This document shows positions 38,612 through 48,048 of a DNA stretch of 64,000 nucleotides, piece by piece; position 1 is the stretch's first letter, and each line of letters starts with the position of its first letter. The notes below the pieces were generated by a model. The model ran no database searches. It was not told the DNA's origin and saw only the letters and a list, made by a program, of their open reading frames with translations. Source of the stretch: Elusimicrobiaceae bacterium (lineage in GTDB: Bacteria > Elusimicrobiota > Elusimicrobia > Elusimicrobiales > Elusimicrobiaceae); assembly GCA_045634505.1 (NCBI GenBank), contig JAZRAH010000088.1:6474-70473 (forward strand), read 5' to 3'. Both the position numbers and the translations under genes were made by a program.

Positions 38612-39274
38612 ATGCAAAACAAAAATGTAACTATAAAAAATAATGATTATTCCCAACAAAAATACTCGGGAATAACTATTACAAGAAACTGTCGTCATGC
38701 TGAACTCGTTTCAGCATCTAGTCGTTATGATAACAACCAGACCCTGAAACAAGTTCAGGGTGACGGCAGTAGCGGCTTTACGCTCATTGAGCTGTTAGTT
38801 GTGGTACTTATTATTGGCATTTTGGCCACCGTGGCGTTGCCACAATACCAAAAAGCGGTGTATAAAAGCCGTGCCGTGGAAGCAGTAACTGTGCTAAAGG
38901 CACTTGTGGATGCGCAAGAAATTTATTACTTAGCCAATGGGGAATATACGGATGATATTTCAAAATTAGACGTAAATATCCCGGCTGAGTTAATAAAATC
39001 TTCCTGGGCGGCAGAGCCCCTATTTGAAGACAAGTATTCTTATACATGTGCTAGAAAGAGGGAATGTGGCGCCAGCGCAAAAAATAATAATTTGCCCGAT
39101 TTTCAATTTAATTTTAGGCATAGGGACGATGTGAATGCGGGAAAGTTCTATTGTAATTTAGGGGCCGGTAATTCTAAAACAGATATGGCTAAATCTATTT
39201 GCCAGAGCATGGGCCGTTTGGATGAAACCCGTACGGAAGCGTGGGCTGTGGGTAAGTATTTTATTATCAATTAA
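38612..39274 (+). CDS. Type IV pilin-like protein 5 with 55-aa leader
   Basis: G|[28 protein letters not shown]; REP doublet 38693-38765 in leader. Confidence 0.9.
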   Translation: MQNKNVTIKNNDYSQQKYSGITITRNCRHAELVSASSRYDNNQTLKQVQGDGSSGFTLIELLVVVLIIGILATVALPQYQKAVYKSRAVEAVTVLKALVDAQEIYYLANGEYTDDISKLDVNIPAELIKSSWAAEPLFEDKYSYTCARKRECGASAKNNNLPDFQFNFRHRDDVNAGKFYCNLGAGNSKTDMAKSICQSMGRLDETRTEAWAVGKYFIIN

Positions 39275-39278
39275 ACAC

Positions 39279-39496
39279 ATCACCGCGTACAATTTACAGT
39301 GAGCTGATTTTCGCACAACCTGTACTAAAACACCACGCTTCCCCAAGCACCAGATTTATAGAAGATAAGATGATTTTTCAGATTTGAGCCGTATTTGTGG
39401 GGCTAGTTGCCCGCATAGGCGTGTCTGAATGACACGTCAAGGGCAAGGGACCGCAAAGACGGCCAAATGTGGAAAATTGTATCGCTGGCAAGCAAC
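39279..39496 (+). repeat. Rod-shaped structured repeat (family S), copy B
   Basis: ATCACCG-CG-TACAAT...GATTTTTCAGATTTG...AGTTGCCC...GGGCAAG...CCAAATGTGGAAAATTGTATCGCT. Confidence 0.7.
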
Positions 39497-39558
39497 AAAA
39501 TTTAAACATCTTTCGTGTTTAAATTTTGTGTGCTCAAAGAAATTTCGCGGTGTGTTTT

Positions 39559-40983
39559 TTATAACTTCATGGGCAGTTTGCCCACCGGCTCAAATAGCCC
39601 CATCACACATTCCGCTGCCGCTTGCTGAAACACCGCCGAAGGACTAAAGGCTAAGAGTTGCCCCTCCGTGTTTACGTGGGCGGCGGCAAAGGGATTAGCA
39701 AAACAAATCAGCAGCGTGCGGCGCACGTTTTTGACCGCATTATTAACGAATGCCGTTTCTTCGTCCGTTAGCCCAATCTTGCCCGAGAACGGCTTGTAGC
39801 GGCGCCAAAATAAAATAATGAGCGTATCGGTTTGTGCCGGGTCTTTGAAATCTTCCGTAATAATGCCGTAGGCACGTAACGTGTCAATAAAAGGAACGGA
39901 TGAAAAATTTTCGTCATTCCCTACATTTAATAAATGCACCGTGTCCCCCGGCTCTACCGGCGGGAAGTGCCCCAGGGGAACCAGTGCTTTGCGCGCTACT
40001 TGTTGCATAAAATCGGACGCAGAAAAGGATACTTTTTTAGCGGTGGCGGCCAGTTCGTCCGCTTGCGCGCAAAGCCCGTTGAGCACGCGCTCGGCCCGTT
40101 TTAGCACTTCGTCCGGGAAAACTTGTAATTTTAAAAATTCAATCAGCTCAAAAGGATTTTCGGGTACCAATAAAATATGCGCGCCTGCGTCCAACGCTTG
40201 TAAAGCGGCCTGCTTTTCATCCCCCAAGGCTTTCATTAAAAGAGCATCTGTGCATATACAGCGCGTAAAACCCATAGCTTCTTGTAATAAACCGTGGATA
40301 ATGGTTTTGGAAAGAGAAGCGGGGTTTTTGTCGTCCAGCGCGGGGACGAGCAAGTGCCCGGCCATAACGCTGTCGGCCAAAGGGAGTAATTTGACAAAGG
40401 GGACTAATGTTTCTTTTTGCAGTTGGGCCAATGTGTCCGTAACCACAGGCATAGCCATGTGGGAATCGGTGGTGGTGTTTCCGTGCCCGGGGAAATGTTT
40501 TAAGCAGTTGAGTGCTCCGCCTTGCGAAAGCCCTTGCATAAACGCACCTGCCAAGCGTGCTACTTGGTTGGGGTCCGCGCCGAACGAGCGTGTGTTTACA
40601 ATCGGGTTTGCGGCGTTGTTAGCTAGGTCCACCACGGGGGCAAACACCCAATCTACCCCAATGCGCAGTGCCTCACACGCGGTAATATACCCCTTTTCAA
40701 AAGCCAGTTGCTCGTCATCTGCCGCCCCAATTGCTAAGTTGGACGGTAACAATTCGGCGTCAGGCAACCAACGGCCCAGGCCGTCTTCATAATCGGCGGC
40801 AATTAACAACCGCGGCAAGGGGGAAGCGGCGCGTAATTTACGGGTAAGGGTGGCTACGGCTGTTTTGGTGCCGCCGTAGAGGCAAAAGCCGCCCACTCCG
40901 GCGCGCGCCAAAGCTAGGGCGTCCTCTTCGGGCGTTTTGCCAAACCAAAAACCGGGGAAAACTAAACGCGTTATGTTAAGCAT
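39559..40983 (-). CDS. GH3 beta-N-acetylhexosaminidase (NagZ-like)
   Basis: DYEDG, FAPVVD, RSFG, KHFPGHG....DSH, CTDAL.M. Confidence 0.92.
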   Translation of the reverse strand: MLNITRLVFPGFWFGKTPEEDALALARAGVGGFCLYGGTKTAVATLTRKLRAASPLPRLLIAADYEDGLGRWLPDAELLPSNLAIGAADDEQLAFEKGYITACEALRIGVDWVFAPVVDLANNAANPIVNTRSFGADPNQVARLAGAFMQGLSQGGALNCLKHFPGHGNTTTDSHMAMPVVTDTLAQLQKETLVPFVKLLPLADSVMAGHLLVPALDDKNPASLSKTIIHGLLQEAMGFTRCICTDALLMKALGDEKQAALQALDAGAHILLVPENPFELIEFLKLQVFPDEVLKRAERVLNGLCAQADELAATAKKVSFSASDFMQQVARKALVPLGHFPPVEPGDTVHLLNVGNDENFSSVPFIDTLRAYGIITEDFKDPAQTDTLIILFWRRYKPFSGKIGLTDEETAFVNNAVKNVRRTLLICFANPFAAAHVNTEGQLLAFSPSAVFQQAAAECVMGLFEPVGKLPMKL

Positions 40984-42058
40984 AGGTTATTTTCCCTAGG
41001 ATAGCATTTTTTTGTGCCCCTGTGGCACTGGCGCAGTGATTGGGGCGGCGTTTGAGGCATAGCCAGGCAAATAAGGCAAATGCGGCGGCCTCTTTAGCTT
41101 GCGGGTCAATGCCGTAGGCGGCCGAGGTTGCAATTTGAACGTGCGGCAGTAATTCATGCAAAAACCGCAGTAATGTTTTGTTGTAACAACCGCCGCCGGA
41201 AACAATCAGTTCTTGTTGCTCAGTGGCAGGCACAAAATCCGTAATGCTTTGCGCGGTAGCCGCCGCCGTAAAATACGTAAGAGTAGCCAGTAAATCGTGC
41301 GGATTTTTAATCGAAAAATAGCGTTTTAAATAGGTGGCTCCAAACGTGTTTTTATCTAAACTTTTGGGAGGGAGCGTGCGGAAAAATTTCTGCTTGAGTA
41401 GCCTTTGCACGAGCCTTTTGTCCGGCGTGCCTTGGGCGGCTAGTGCGCCGTTTGTATCAAATGGTTTTTTAAAATGCGCTTGGCAGGCCAGGTCCATAAG
41501 CGTATTGCCGGGGCCGCAATCAAAGCCCTGCGTTTGACTGTTTTTCCCGACGACAGATAAATTGGAAATGCCGCCTATGTTAAGTAGCATTTTGGGGGTT
41601 TTCTTCCCAAAAATATATTGGTCAAAAAATGGAATGAGGGGTGCCCCTTGGCCGCCTAATACGATATCCAGGGCGCGAAAATCGCTCACCACCGGGCTAT
41701 GCAGTGCGGCCGCTAAAAACGAAGGCTCACCCAGTTGCAGGGTGTTCGGTGTTTTATCGTGCGGACCATGATAAACGGTTTGTCCGTGCATCCCTACAGC
41801 TGTAATTTGCGCCGCAGACAGCTGAAAATCTTTTAAAAATTGGAGGACCGTTTTAGCGTAGTGCGCGCCAATTTGGTAATGGAGCTGACTTAATTGGGGG
41901 GCTTTAAGCGTGTATGCTGTTAATAAGATGCGCTGAAATGAGGGCGTATAGGGATAATTTTTAAAATGCACTATTTTAAAGGGATGTGGTGTAATAGCGC
42001 ATACGGTAATCCCGTCGGCACTGGTGCCGCTCATCAGGCCCAAAACTAATTTTTTCAT
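40976..42058 (-). CDS. anmK: Anhydro-N-acetylmuramic acid kinase
   Basis: GLMSGTSADG, HGQTV, GGQGAPL, NIGGISN, DCGPGN, AKEA.AFA. Confidence 0.95.
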   Translation of the reverse strand: MKKLVLGLMSGTSADGITVCAITPHPFKIVHFKNYPYTPSFQRILLTAYTLKAPQLSQLHYQIGAHYAKTVLQFLKDFQLSAAQITAVGMHGQTVYHGPHDKTPNTLQLGEPSFLAAALHSPVVSDFRALDIVLGGQGAPLIPFFDQYIFGKKTPKMLLNIGGISNLSVVGKNSQTQGFDCGPGNTLMDLACQAHFKKPFDTNGALAAQGTPDKRLVQRLLKQKFFRTLPPKSLDKNTFGATYLKRYFSIKNPHDLLATLTYFTAAATAQSITDFVPATEQQELIVSGGGCYNKTLLRFLHELLPHVQIATSAAYGIDPQAKEAAAFALFAWLCLKRRPNHCASATGAQKNAILGKITYA

Positions 42059-42933
42059 TGAAGTGCCTCCGCCAAACGGCCTTTGGATTGTGTAAGTAAT
42101 TTTTTTGCTTGCACGCGGGTGCATTTTTTGCGGTGCATGACAATAGCCGTTTTGACGTTTTTGCCGGAAGCTAACAACAAGCGGCGGGCGGTTTTTTCGT
42201 CCGTTTGTGCCACCGTGCAAATCAGGCGCACGGCACGGGCGAGCAGTTTTTGGTTGGTGGGTTGCACATCCACCATTAAGTTGCCGTACGTTTTGCCGCA
42301 TAGTGCCATAGCACCGGTGGTAATGGCATTTAGCGCCATTTTGGTCGCAGTACCTGCTTTTAGGCGTGTCGATCCGGTAAGGGCTTCGGGCCCGGTGGGT
42401 AAATAAACGTGAACATCTGCGTAGGTGGTCTGCGCGTTTTTATTGCACGAAAGAAGCGCGGTATGGGCCCCTAGTTGGCGCGCTTGTTGGAGCGCCCCTT
42501 GTACGTAAGGCGTATTACCGCTGGCGGCTAGACCAATTACTAAGTCGCCTTCGTGCGCTTGATGGGCAATTTCTTTTGCCCCTTGTGCGGCGTTATCTTC
42601 CGCCCCTTCTTGTGAGCGAAACACTGCCTTCTTTCCCCCGGCAATCAGTCCGATAATTTGAGAGGGCTTGGTGCCAAAGGTTGGCACACATTCCACAGCT
42701 TCTAAAATCCCTAAACGCCCGCTCGTACCGGCTCCTACAAAAATAATTTTGTGCCCGCTGGCATATGTGCGGGCGGCTTGCACAATGACCGCCGCAATCT
42801 CTTTGGCGGCTTTTTTAACGGCGCGGGCCGCGTTAAAATCTTCCGCATTAAACACGCGCGCTAACTGGCGCGGGGTAAGCACGTCCAAGCGGGTGGTGTG
42901 GGGGTTGGTTTGTTCGGTTGCGGGTAATTTCAT
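42055..42933 (-). CDS. murQ: N-acetylmuramic acid 6-phosphate etherase
   Basis: TEQ.NP, GAGTSGRLG, GPEALTGSTRLKAGTATK. Confidence 0.96.
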   Translation of the reverse strand: MKLPATEQTNPHTTRLDVLTPRQLARVFNAEDFNAARAVKKAAKEIAAVIVQAARTYASGHKIIFVGAGTSGRLGILEAVECVPTFGTKPSQIIGLIAGGKKAVFRSQEGAEDNAAQGAKEIAHQAHEGDLVIGLAASGNTPYVQGALQQARQLGAHTALLSCNKNAQTTYADVHVYLPTGPEALTGSTRLKAGTATKMALNAITTGAMALCGKTYGNLMVDVQPTNQKLLARAVRLICTVAQTDEKTARRLLLASGKNVKTAIVMHRKKCTRVQAKKLLTQSKGRLAEALQ

Positions 42934-44216
42934 TGGTGCTTTTCCGCCTCGTCTATGGCTTGAATATGAAAGGCTAAGGGTACAATGGCAAAGGTTACTA
43001 AACTAATTACAAAGGCAACCCAAAAGAAATTTTCGTATCCCAGCGCGGCTTGCATTTTGCCCGATAGCATAGACGGCACCATCATCCCCAGGGCCATAAT
43101 CCCTGTGGAAATAGCATAGTGCGACGTTTTATACGTACCTTGCGACACGTACATAATAAACACGGTTAGGGCCATCATGGCAAGCCCGTAGCCAAAATTT
43201 TCTAACGTAATCAGCGTAGCCACTGTGGCAAGGCCCGGTTTTGCCGCGGCCATATAGACGTAAAAAATGTTGGGCAGTACCAGTGCCACCGCAAACGGCC
43301 AAATACATTTTTTAAATCCAAATTTGCCTAACAGCCACCCTCCTAGAAGGTTTCCGGCAATAATCGCGCCCAGGCCCAGGGTCCCTTTAATGAGCCCAAA
43401 ATCTTGCATGGAAATCCCCAAGGCTCCTTCGGTGGCGGGTTTGAGTAAAAAGAGCGGAACAATTTTTTCCAATAACGCCTCGCCAAAGCGGTAGAGTAAA
43501 ATAAAAAGCAAAATAGAGAGGATGTTTTTTTGCGTGAAATATTCGCCAAACGATTCCTTCCATGCGCGTGTTTGCGTTACAGCGGCCGGTTGGTCGGCAC
43601 GGGGTTTGGGTAAAACCATGTGGTGATAGACCGCACAACCCGCAAAAAATAACCCTAAAGCCCCTAAAAAAATTGACCAGTTATAGGGAGAAGGAACAAC
43701 ATGTTCTGCCAAATATCCCGTGGCGGACACCAAAATACCGCTACCCAAAATCATGGCAATACGGTAGAAAATAGTGCGGATGCCCACAAAATATCCTTGC
43801 TCTTGCGGAGTTAAAGCCAGTAAATAATAACCGTCGGTTGCAATATCTAACGTGGCGGACACAAAGGCCCCCATAAAAAACCCCAGTAAAGACAAAATAA
43901 AAAACGAGTTATTTGCCTGGGGGGCGTATATAAACGCGTAAAAACAAATGAGCCCGGATAAGGCTAGTAGTACCGCGCTCATCACGCTTTGCGCGCCCAA
44001 CAGCCAACGGCGTTTGGTGGAGCGGGCATCTACCAGCGGGCTCCAAAACATTTTTAAAACCCACGGTATATAAAGCCACCCGGTCCACAAGGTTATTTGC
44101 TCATTTGAATAGCCCAAGGCACCGTATAAGATGACGGATACCGTGTTGATAATGATGTAAGGAAATCCCTCCGCCAGGTAAAGCGTAGGGATAAAAAACC
44201 AGGGGTTTTTTGTCAT
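42930..44216 (-). CDS. ampG: AmpG-family muropeptide MFS transporter
   Basis: LYLAEGFPY, PWVLKMFWSPLVD, SATLDIATDG; operon with murQ/anmK/nagZ. Confidence 0.85.
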   Translation of the reverse strand: MTKNPWFFIPTLYLAEGFPYIIINTVSVILYGALGYSNEQITLWTGWLYIPWVLKMFWSPLVDARSTKRRWLLGAQSVMSAVLLALSGLICFYAFIYAPQANNSFFILSLLGFFMGAFVSATLDIATDGYYLLALTPQEQGYFVGIRTIFYRIAMILGSGILVSATGYLAEHVVPSPYNWSIFLGALGLFFAGCAVYHHMVLPKPRADQPAAVTQTRAWKESFGEYFTQKNILSILLFILLYRFGEALLEKIVPLFLLKPATEGALGISMQDFGLIKGTLGLGAIIAGNLLGGWLLGKFGFKKCIWPFAVALVLPNIFYVYMAAAKPGLATVATLITLENFGYGLAMMALTVFIMYVSQGTYKTSHYAISTGIMALGMMVPSMLSGKMQAALGYENFFWVAFVISLVTFAIVPLAFHIQAIDEAEKHQ

Positions 44217-45223
44217 TTGAACGAGTAGCCTCCACCTAAAAAGCGGGCAAGGGGTTGGGTGGTTTCGTGCTGTTCTAAGATCATTTTGATAATAGCCGTA
44301 AGCGGTACTGCCAGTAGCGCGCCCATAACGCCCCACACCAGGGCCCAAAAGATTAAACTGGCCACTACTACAATCGGGTCCAAGTTCATGCCTTTGCCGA
44401 GCCAACGAGTTTCTAAAATGTTGCCCACTACAAAGTGAACGGCTGTTAACGCCAAAAGCACTAACACCATTTGCCAATCAAACCCGTATTGTAAAAAGAG
44501 TACGGGGAGTGGGGACGCGGTGGCAATTAAGGGGCCAATGTTAGGGATGAAATTTAAAATGAATGTAAGTACGGCAAGCATCAGGGCAAGCTCTGTCTTG
44601 ACGCTTGTAAGCACTAGCCAGGTACAAATGGCCGCTAAAACAGACACGCTGATTTTAACCAGCAGATAAAACGAAATTTGCTTTTGCAGTTTGCCCACTA
44701 AAGACGGTTTTTCGGCTGAGGCTTTCCCCATGAAAATAAAGATGACAAACAGCGTGATCAGTAAAATATTGGTAGAAATGGAAACAATTAAACTCCCCAC
44801 GCCTTTTACCATGTTAAACACGGGAATTTTGGAGAGGGAATCTGTGATAAAATCAGCGTTAATGTGGATATGGTTTTCGCCGGCTTTGGCCAGTACCCAA
44901 TCCAAGCTGTCATTTAGACGGTCGGCATAAATGTCAGCTCCGGAAACAAAACTTTCAATAGAGGTGGAAATAAAGGAGATAGACGCAATAATGACCGCCA
45001 TAAACACTACAAAATTAAGCACAATGCCCAAGTTGTAAGGTACTTTCCATTTGCGGTTCATCCACGTGGCGGACGAGTTAGCCAGCATGGAAATAAAAAG
45101 TGCAATTACAAAAGGCATTAAAACCGTTTTGGTATAGACAAGTACCCAGGTGGCGGCACTTGCTGCTAAAATCATTAAACAAATGGTGTTAATGGGTGCA
45201 AATTTAGAAGTATTTTCTTTCAT
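44213..45223 (-). CDS. AI-2E family transporter
   Basis: LNFIPNIGP, GNILE, LDP.VV, WG..GALLAVPLT. Confidence 0.9.
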   Translation of the reverse strand: MKENTSKFAPINTICLMILAASAATWVLVYTKTVLMPFVIALFISMLANSSATWMNRKWKVPYNLGIVLNFVVFMAVIIASISFISTSIESFVSGADIYADRLNDSLDWVLAKAGENHIHINADFITDSLSKIPVFNMVKGVGSLIVSISTNILLITLFVIFIFMGKASAEKPSLVGKLQKQISFYLLVKISVSVLAAICTWLVLTSVKTELALMLAVLTFILNFIPNIGPLIATASPLPVLFLQYGFDWQMVLVLLALTAVHFVVGNILETRWLGKGMNLDPIVVVASLIFWALVWGVMGALLAVPLTAIIKMILEQHETTQPLARFLGGGYSFK

Positions 45224-45242
45224 AAAAATAGTATAGCAAAAA

Positions 45243-45262
45243 AGCCTCCAAAAAAGGAGGCT
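45243..45262 (-). terminator. Terminator after tRNA
   Basis: AGCCTCC/GGAGGCT stem. Confidence 0.6.
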
Positions 45263-45267
45263 CTAAA

Positions 45268-45342
45268 TGGTGGGCAGTACAGGATTTGAACCTGTGACCT
45301 TCCGCGTGTGAGGCGGACGCGCTACCGCTGCGCCAACTGCCC
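45268..45342 (-). tRNA. tRNA-Val(CAC)
   Basis: GGGCAGTTGGCGCAGCGGTAGCGCG TCCGC CTCACAC GCGGA...GGTTCAAATCC...CTGCCCACCA cloverleaf with encoded CCA. Confidence 0.95.
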
Positions 45343-45392
45343 GAAAATCAGGGTTACTACCTTTCTATTATATCATATTATGATAAAAGTTT

Positions 45393-46400
45393 CTACAGCA
45401 GGTTAATGCCGTGGTCGGCACAGGTTTTGCGCATGTGGGCCGGCCAGAGGGAAGATTGTACCTCGCCAATGTGCGCTTTGCCCAACAGCAGCATACACAG
45501 ACGGCTTTGCCCAATCCCGCCGCCAATAGTTAGCGGCAATTCTCCGGAAACAATGCGCTGGTGATAAGGGTATTTCATCCGGTCCAAACAGTGCGCGGCG
45601 GCCAGTTGCGCCTGCAAACTTTGCGCGTTGACGCGGATACCCATAGAAGAAATTTCAAAGGCATCTTGTAGTATTTCATTATAAACCAGTAAATCACCGT
45701 TTAAATTCCAGTCATCATAGTCCGGGGCGCGCCCGTCGTGCGGGAGCCCGTTTTTTAAGGGAGACCCAATTTGGCTGACAAACACCGTGCCATACTGTTT
45801 GGTAATTTCTTTTTCACGCTCTTTGGGCGTTAGCGAGGGGTATTTTTCTTCTAACTGCCGTGTAGAAATAAAATGTATATCCGGGCAGAGCGTCGTTTTT
45901 ACTTGCGGATAATTTTTTTTAAGTTCCGCAAGCGTGTCCGTTAAAGCGTGTACAATGTTGCGTACGGTTTCCTGCAGAAATTCCGGGGTGCGTTCGTCCG
46001 GGGTAATAATGCGTTCCCAGTCCCACTGGTCCACGTAAATAGAGTGTAAATTATCGGTTTCTTCGTCGCGGCGGATGGCGTTCATATCTGTATATAAGCC
46101 TGTGCCGGGGGCAAATTTGTACCACTTCAGGGCCATGCGTTTCCACTTGGCGAGCGAATGGACAATCACGGCCTCCACGCCGGTTTGCTTGATGTCAAAC
46201 GCAACCGGCCGTTCTGTGCCGTTTAAGTCATCATTTAGACCGCTGTTTTTTTCTACAAATAACGGCGCGGAAACACGTTGCAAATTAAGGGCCGTTGCCA
46301 ATTTAAATTGAAACGTGTCTTTAATTAGCTTAATAGCTTTTTGGGTTTGTTGTAAATCGGTCGTGCTTTGGTAGCCGGCCGGGAAAATAAGGTTTGTCAT
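45393..46400 (-). CDS. asnA: Aspartate-ammonia ligase
   Basis: DDLNGTE, VHSLAKWKR, YVDQWDWE, HDGRAPDYDDW, TIGGGIGQSR. Confidence 0.97.
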   Translation of the reverse strand: MTNLIFPAGYQSTTDLQQTQKAIKLIKDTFQFKLATALNLQRVSAPLFVEKNSGLNDDLNGTERPVAFDIKQTGVEAVIVHSLAKWKRMALKWYKFAPGTGLYTDMNAIRRDEETDNLHSIYVDQWDWERIITPDERTPEFLQETVRNIVHALTDTLAELKKNYPQVKTTLCPDIHFISTRQLEEKYPSLTPKEREKEITKQYGTVFVSQIGSPLKNGLPHDGRAPDYDDWNLNGDLLVYNEILQDAFEISSMGIRVNAQSLQAQLAAAHCLDRMKYPYHQRIVSGELPLTIGGGIGQSRLCMLLLGKAHIGEVQSSLWPAHMRKTCADHGINLL

Positions 46401-46402
46401 GG

Positions 46403-47083
46403 TTAATTGTTATGCACGTGGATAAAGTCGGCATTTAAGGTACCGGGCAGTAATTGGGCAATGCCGTCAATCATAAACTGCATGGCAATCGCGCACAAAA
46501 TCATACCCATAAACCGGATGACAATTTGCGTGCCGTTGGGGCCGATTTTACTAAAAATATAACGCGCACTTACTAAGCACGCCCCCACAATGCACGCGCT
46601 TAAAAACAGTACAAACACCATACTCATAGTCATAGCCAGGGTGGTGCTTTTTTCGGCGTACAAAATAACGGTGGTAATAGAACCGGGACCAATAAACAGC
46701 GGCATAGCAACGGGTACTAAAATGTGGCTTAAGCTGTTGCGGGCTTGGTCAAACGTGGTACCGGAGGACGCGGCGGTTTGGATGCCGCTATTTTCAAATT
46801 TGCTTTTCCCCTGTAACATGCGTAACCCCACGCGCAAAATAATTACCGCCCCGGCTAAGCGGAACGCGGGGATAGTAATCCCAAACATAGTTAAAATGCG
46901 GTTACCGCACAAAAAGAAAACAAGCAGTAACCCAAAGATAGCCCCGGCCATTAAAAGGGCCACGGCGCGTTGGACTTTGGGGGTTTCGTTTTCTACATGC
47001 TCCAAAAAAATCGGCACGTTGCCGATCGGGTTTAAAATGGCGATAATACCGATAAACGAGTTAACGACTAAACTCCAATCCAT
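46403..47083 (-). CDS. MarC family membrane protein
   Basis: NPIGNVP, FRLAGA, VPVAMPLFIGPGSI, RFMGMIL. Confidence 0.9.
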   Translation of the reverse strand: MDWSLVVNSFIGIIAILNPIGNVPIFLEHVENETPKVQRAVALLMAGAIFGLLLVFFLCGNRILTMFGITIPAFRLAGAVIILRVGLRMLQGKSKFENSGIQTAASSGTTFDQARNSLSHILVPVAMPLFIGPGSITTVILYAEKSTTLAMTMSMVFVLFLSACIVGACLVSARYIFSKIGPNGTQIVIRFMGMILCAIAMQFMIDGIAQLLPGTLNADFIHVHNN

Positions 47084-47198
47084 AGTGGGTTTGGGCTCCT
47101 GTAATAAGGGAAAATAACAACTTACTAATAGTATATAAAATTGGGAGAGGTTGCTTTTGTTTATTTTTGTATAATAAAACTTGCCCAGTAAAGGGTTG

Positions 47199-47407
47199 CA
47201 ATTTTTTGTTTATAGATTATTTGTTGAAGTGCGGGGCAAGCCCGTGCCGAGCAAAATAGGGGACACCCTATGAGCATGTTAGAGATCATCAAATAATCGC
47301 CTTGCTTTGGCCTGCCTCTTATGGGGCAGGCTGGCGGCGGTTATTGTTTAAGGGTCATCTCTAACAGCTCTTAACTAAGATTGCCGCTTTTTTGTTGGGT
47401 AAATTAA
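47199..47407 (+). ncRNA. Structured pilin-leader element, copy 6 (divergent subtype)
   Basis: GATTATTTGTTGA/TCATCAAATAATC; GCGGCGGT/ATTGCCGC+T6; barcode TGTTAGAGAT (47277-47286)/ATCTCTAACA (47357-47366). Confidence 0.78.
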
Positions 47408-47425
47408 AAGCAAGGAGTAATAAAT

Positions 47426-48007
47426 ATGAAAAAAGAAAATGTAATTGTCATTTGTCCCCCTTGTGGGGAAAACGTCGCGTTAGCGACAAAAAGAGGGGCC
47501 AATAAAGTATTACCTATTTTGCCCCTCCTACCCCGCCTTACGGCGGTACTCCCTCCACAAGGGAGGGAGATAACAGCCCGTGGCTTTAAGCTCATTGAGC
47601 TCTTAGTCGTGGTACTCATTATTGGCATATTAGCCGCCGTAGCCGTGCCACAATATCAATTAGCTGTAGAAAAATCGCGCGCAGAGACAGCCCCTTCTGT
47701 ATTAAAGACCATCTGGACAGCCCAGCAAATATATTATCTTGCCAATGGTACATACGCTTCTACATTTGATGTTTTAGATATAGAAATACCGCAAAATGAA
47801 TATTTTACCTATCAGCAAGACAGTATGTCTGTTTTTGCCGTTAGTACACGAAAAAATTACACAATATCTTTTCGCTTTAATCGACAAATTTATGAATGGA
47901 TTGTATGTTATGCTACTTTAGACACTGATGTTGAACAAGCCAGACGGATTTGTAAAAATTTAGGGGCAGATATTAGTAGTGGAGATCGTTGGCCAATCGT
48001 AAAATAG
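47426..48007 (+). CDS. Type IV pilin-like protein 6 with 53-aa leader
   Basis: G|[28 protein letters not shown]; C/G-rich palindromic doublet 47455-47570 in leader. Confidence 0.9.
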   Translation: MKKENVIVICPPCGENVALATKRGANKVLPILPLLPRLTAVLPPQGREITARGFKLIELLVVVLIIGILAAVAVPQYQLAVEKSRAETAPSVLKTIWTAQQIYYLANGTYASTFDVLDIEIPQNEYFTYQQDSMSVFAVSTRKNYTISFRFNRQIYEWIVCYATLDTDVEQARRICKNLGADISSGDRWPIVK

Positions 48008-48048
48008 TACCTTGTTAGCTTAGTGTCCATATTTCGTACAATATATCT

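Noticed and set aside
45268-45342. tRNA-Val as an island integration site
   Set aside because: No duplicated tRNA 3' end or integrase seen in the window.
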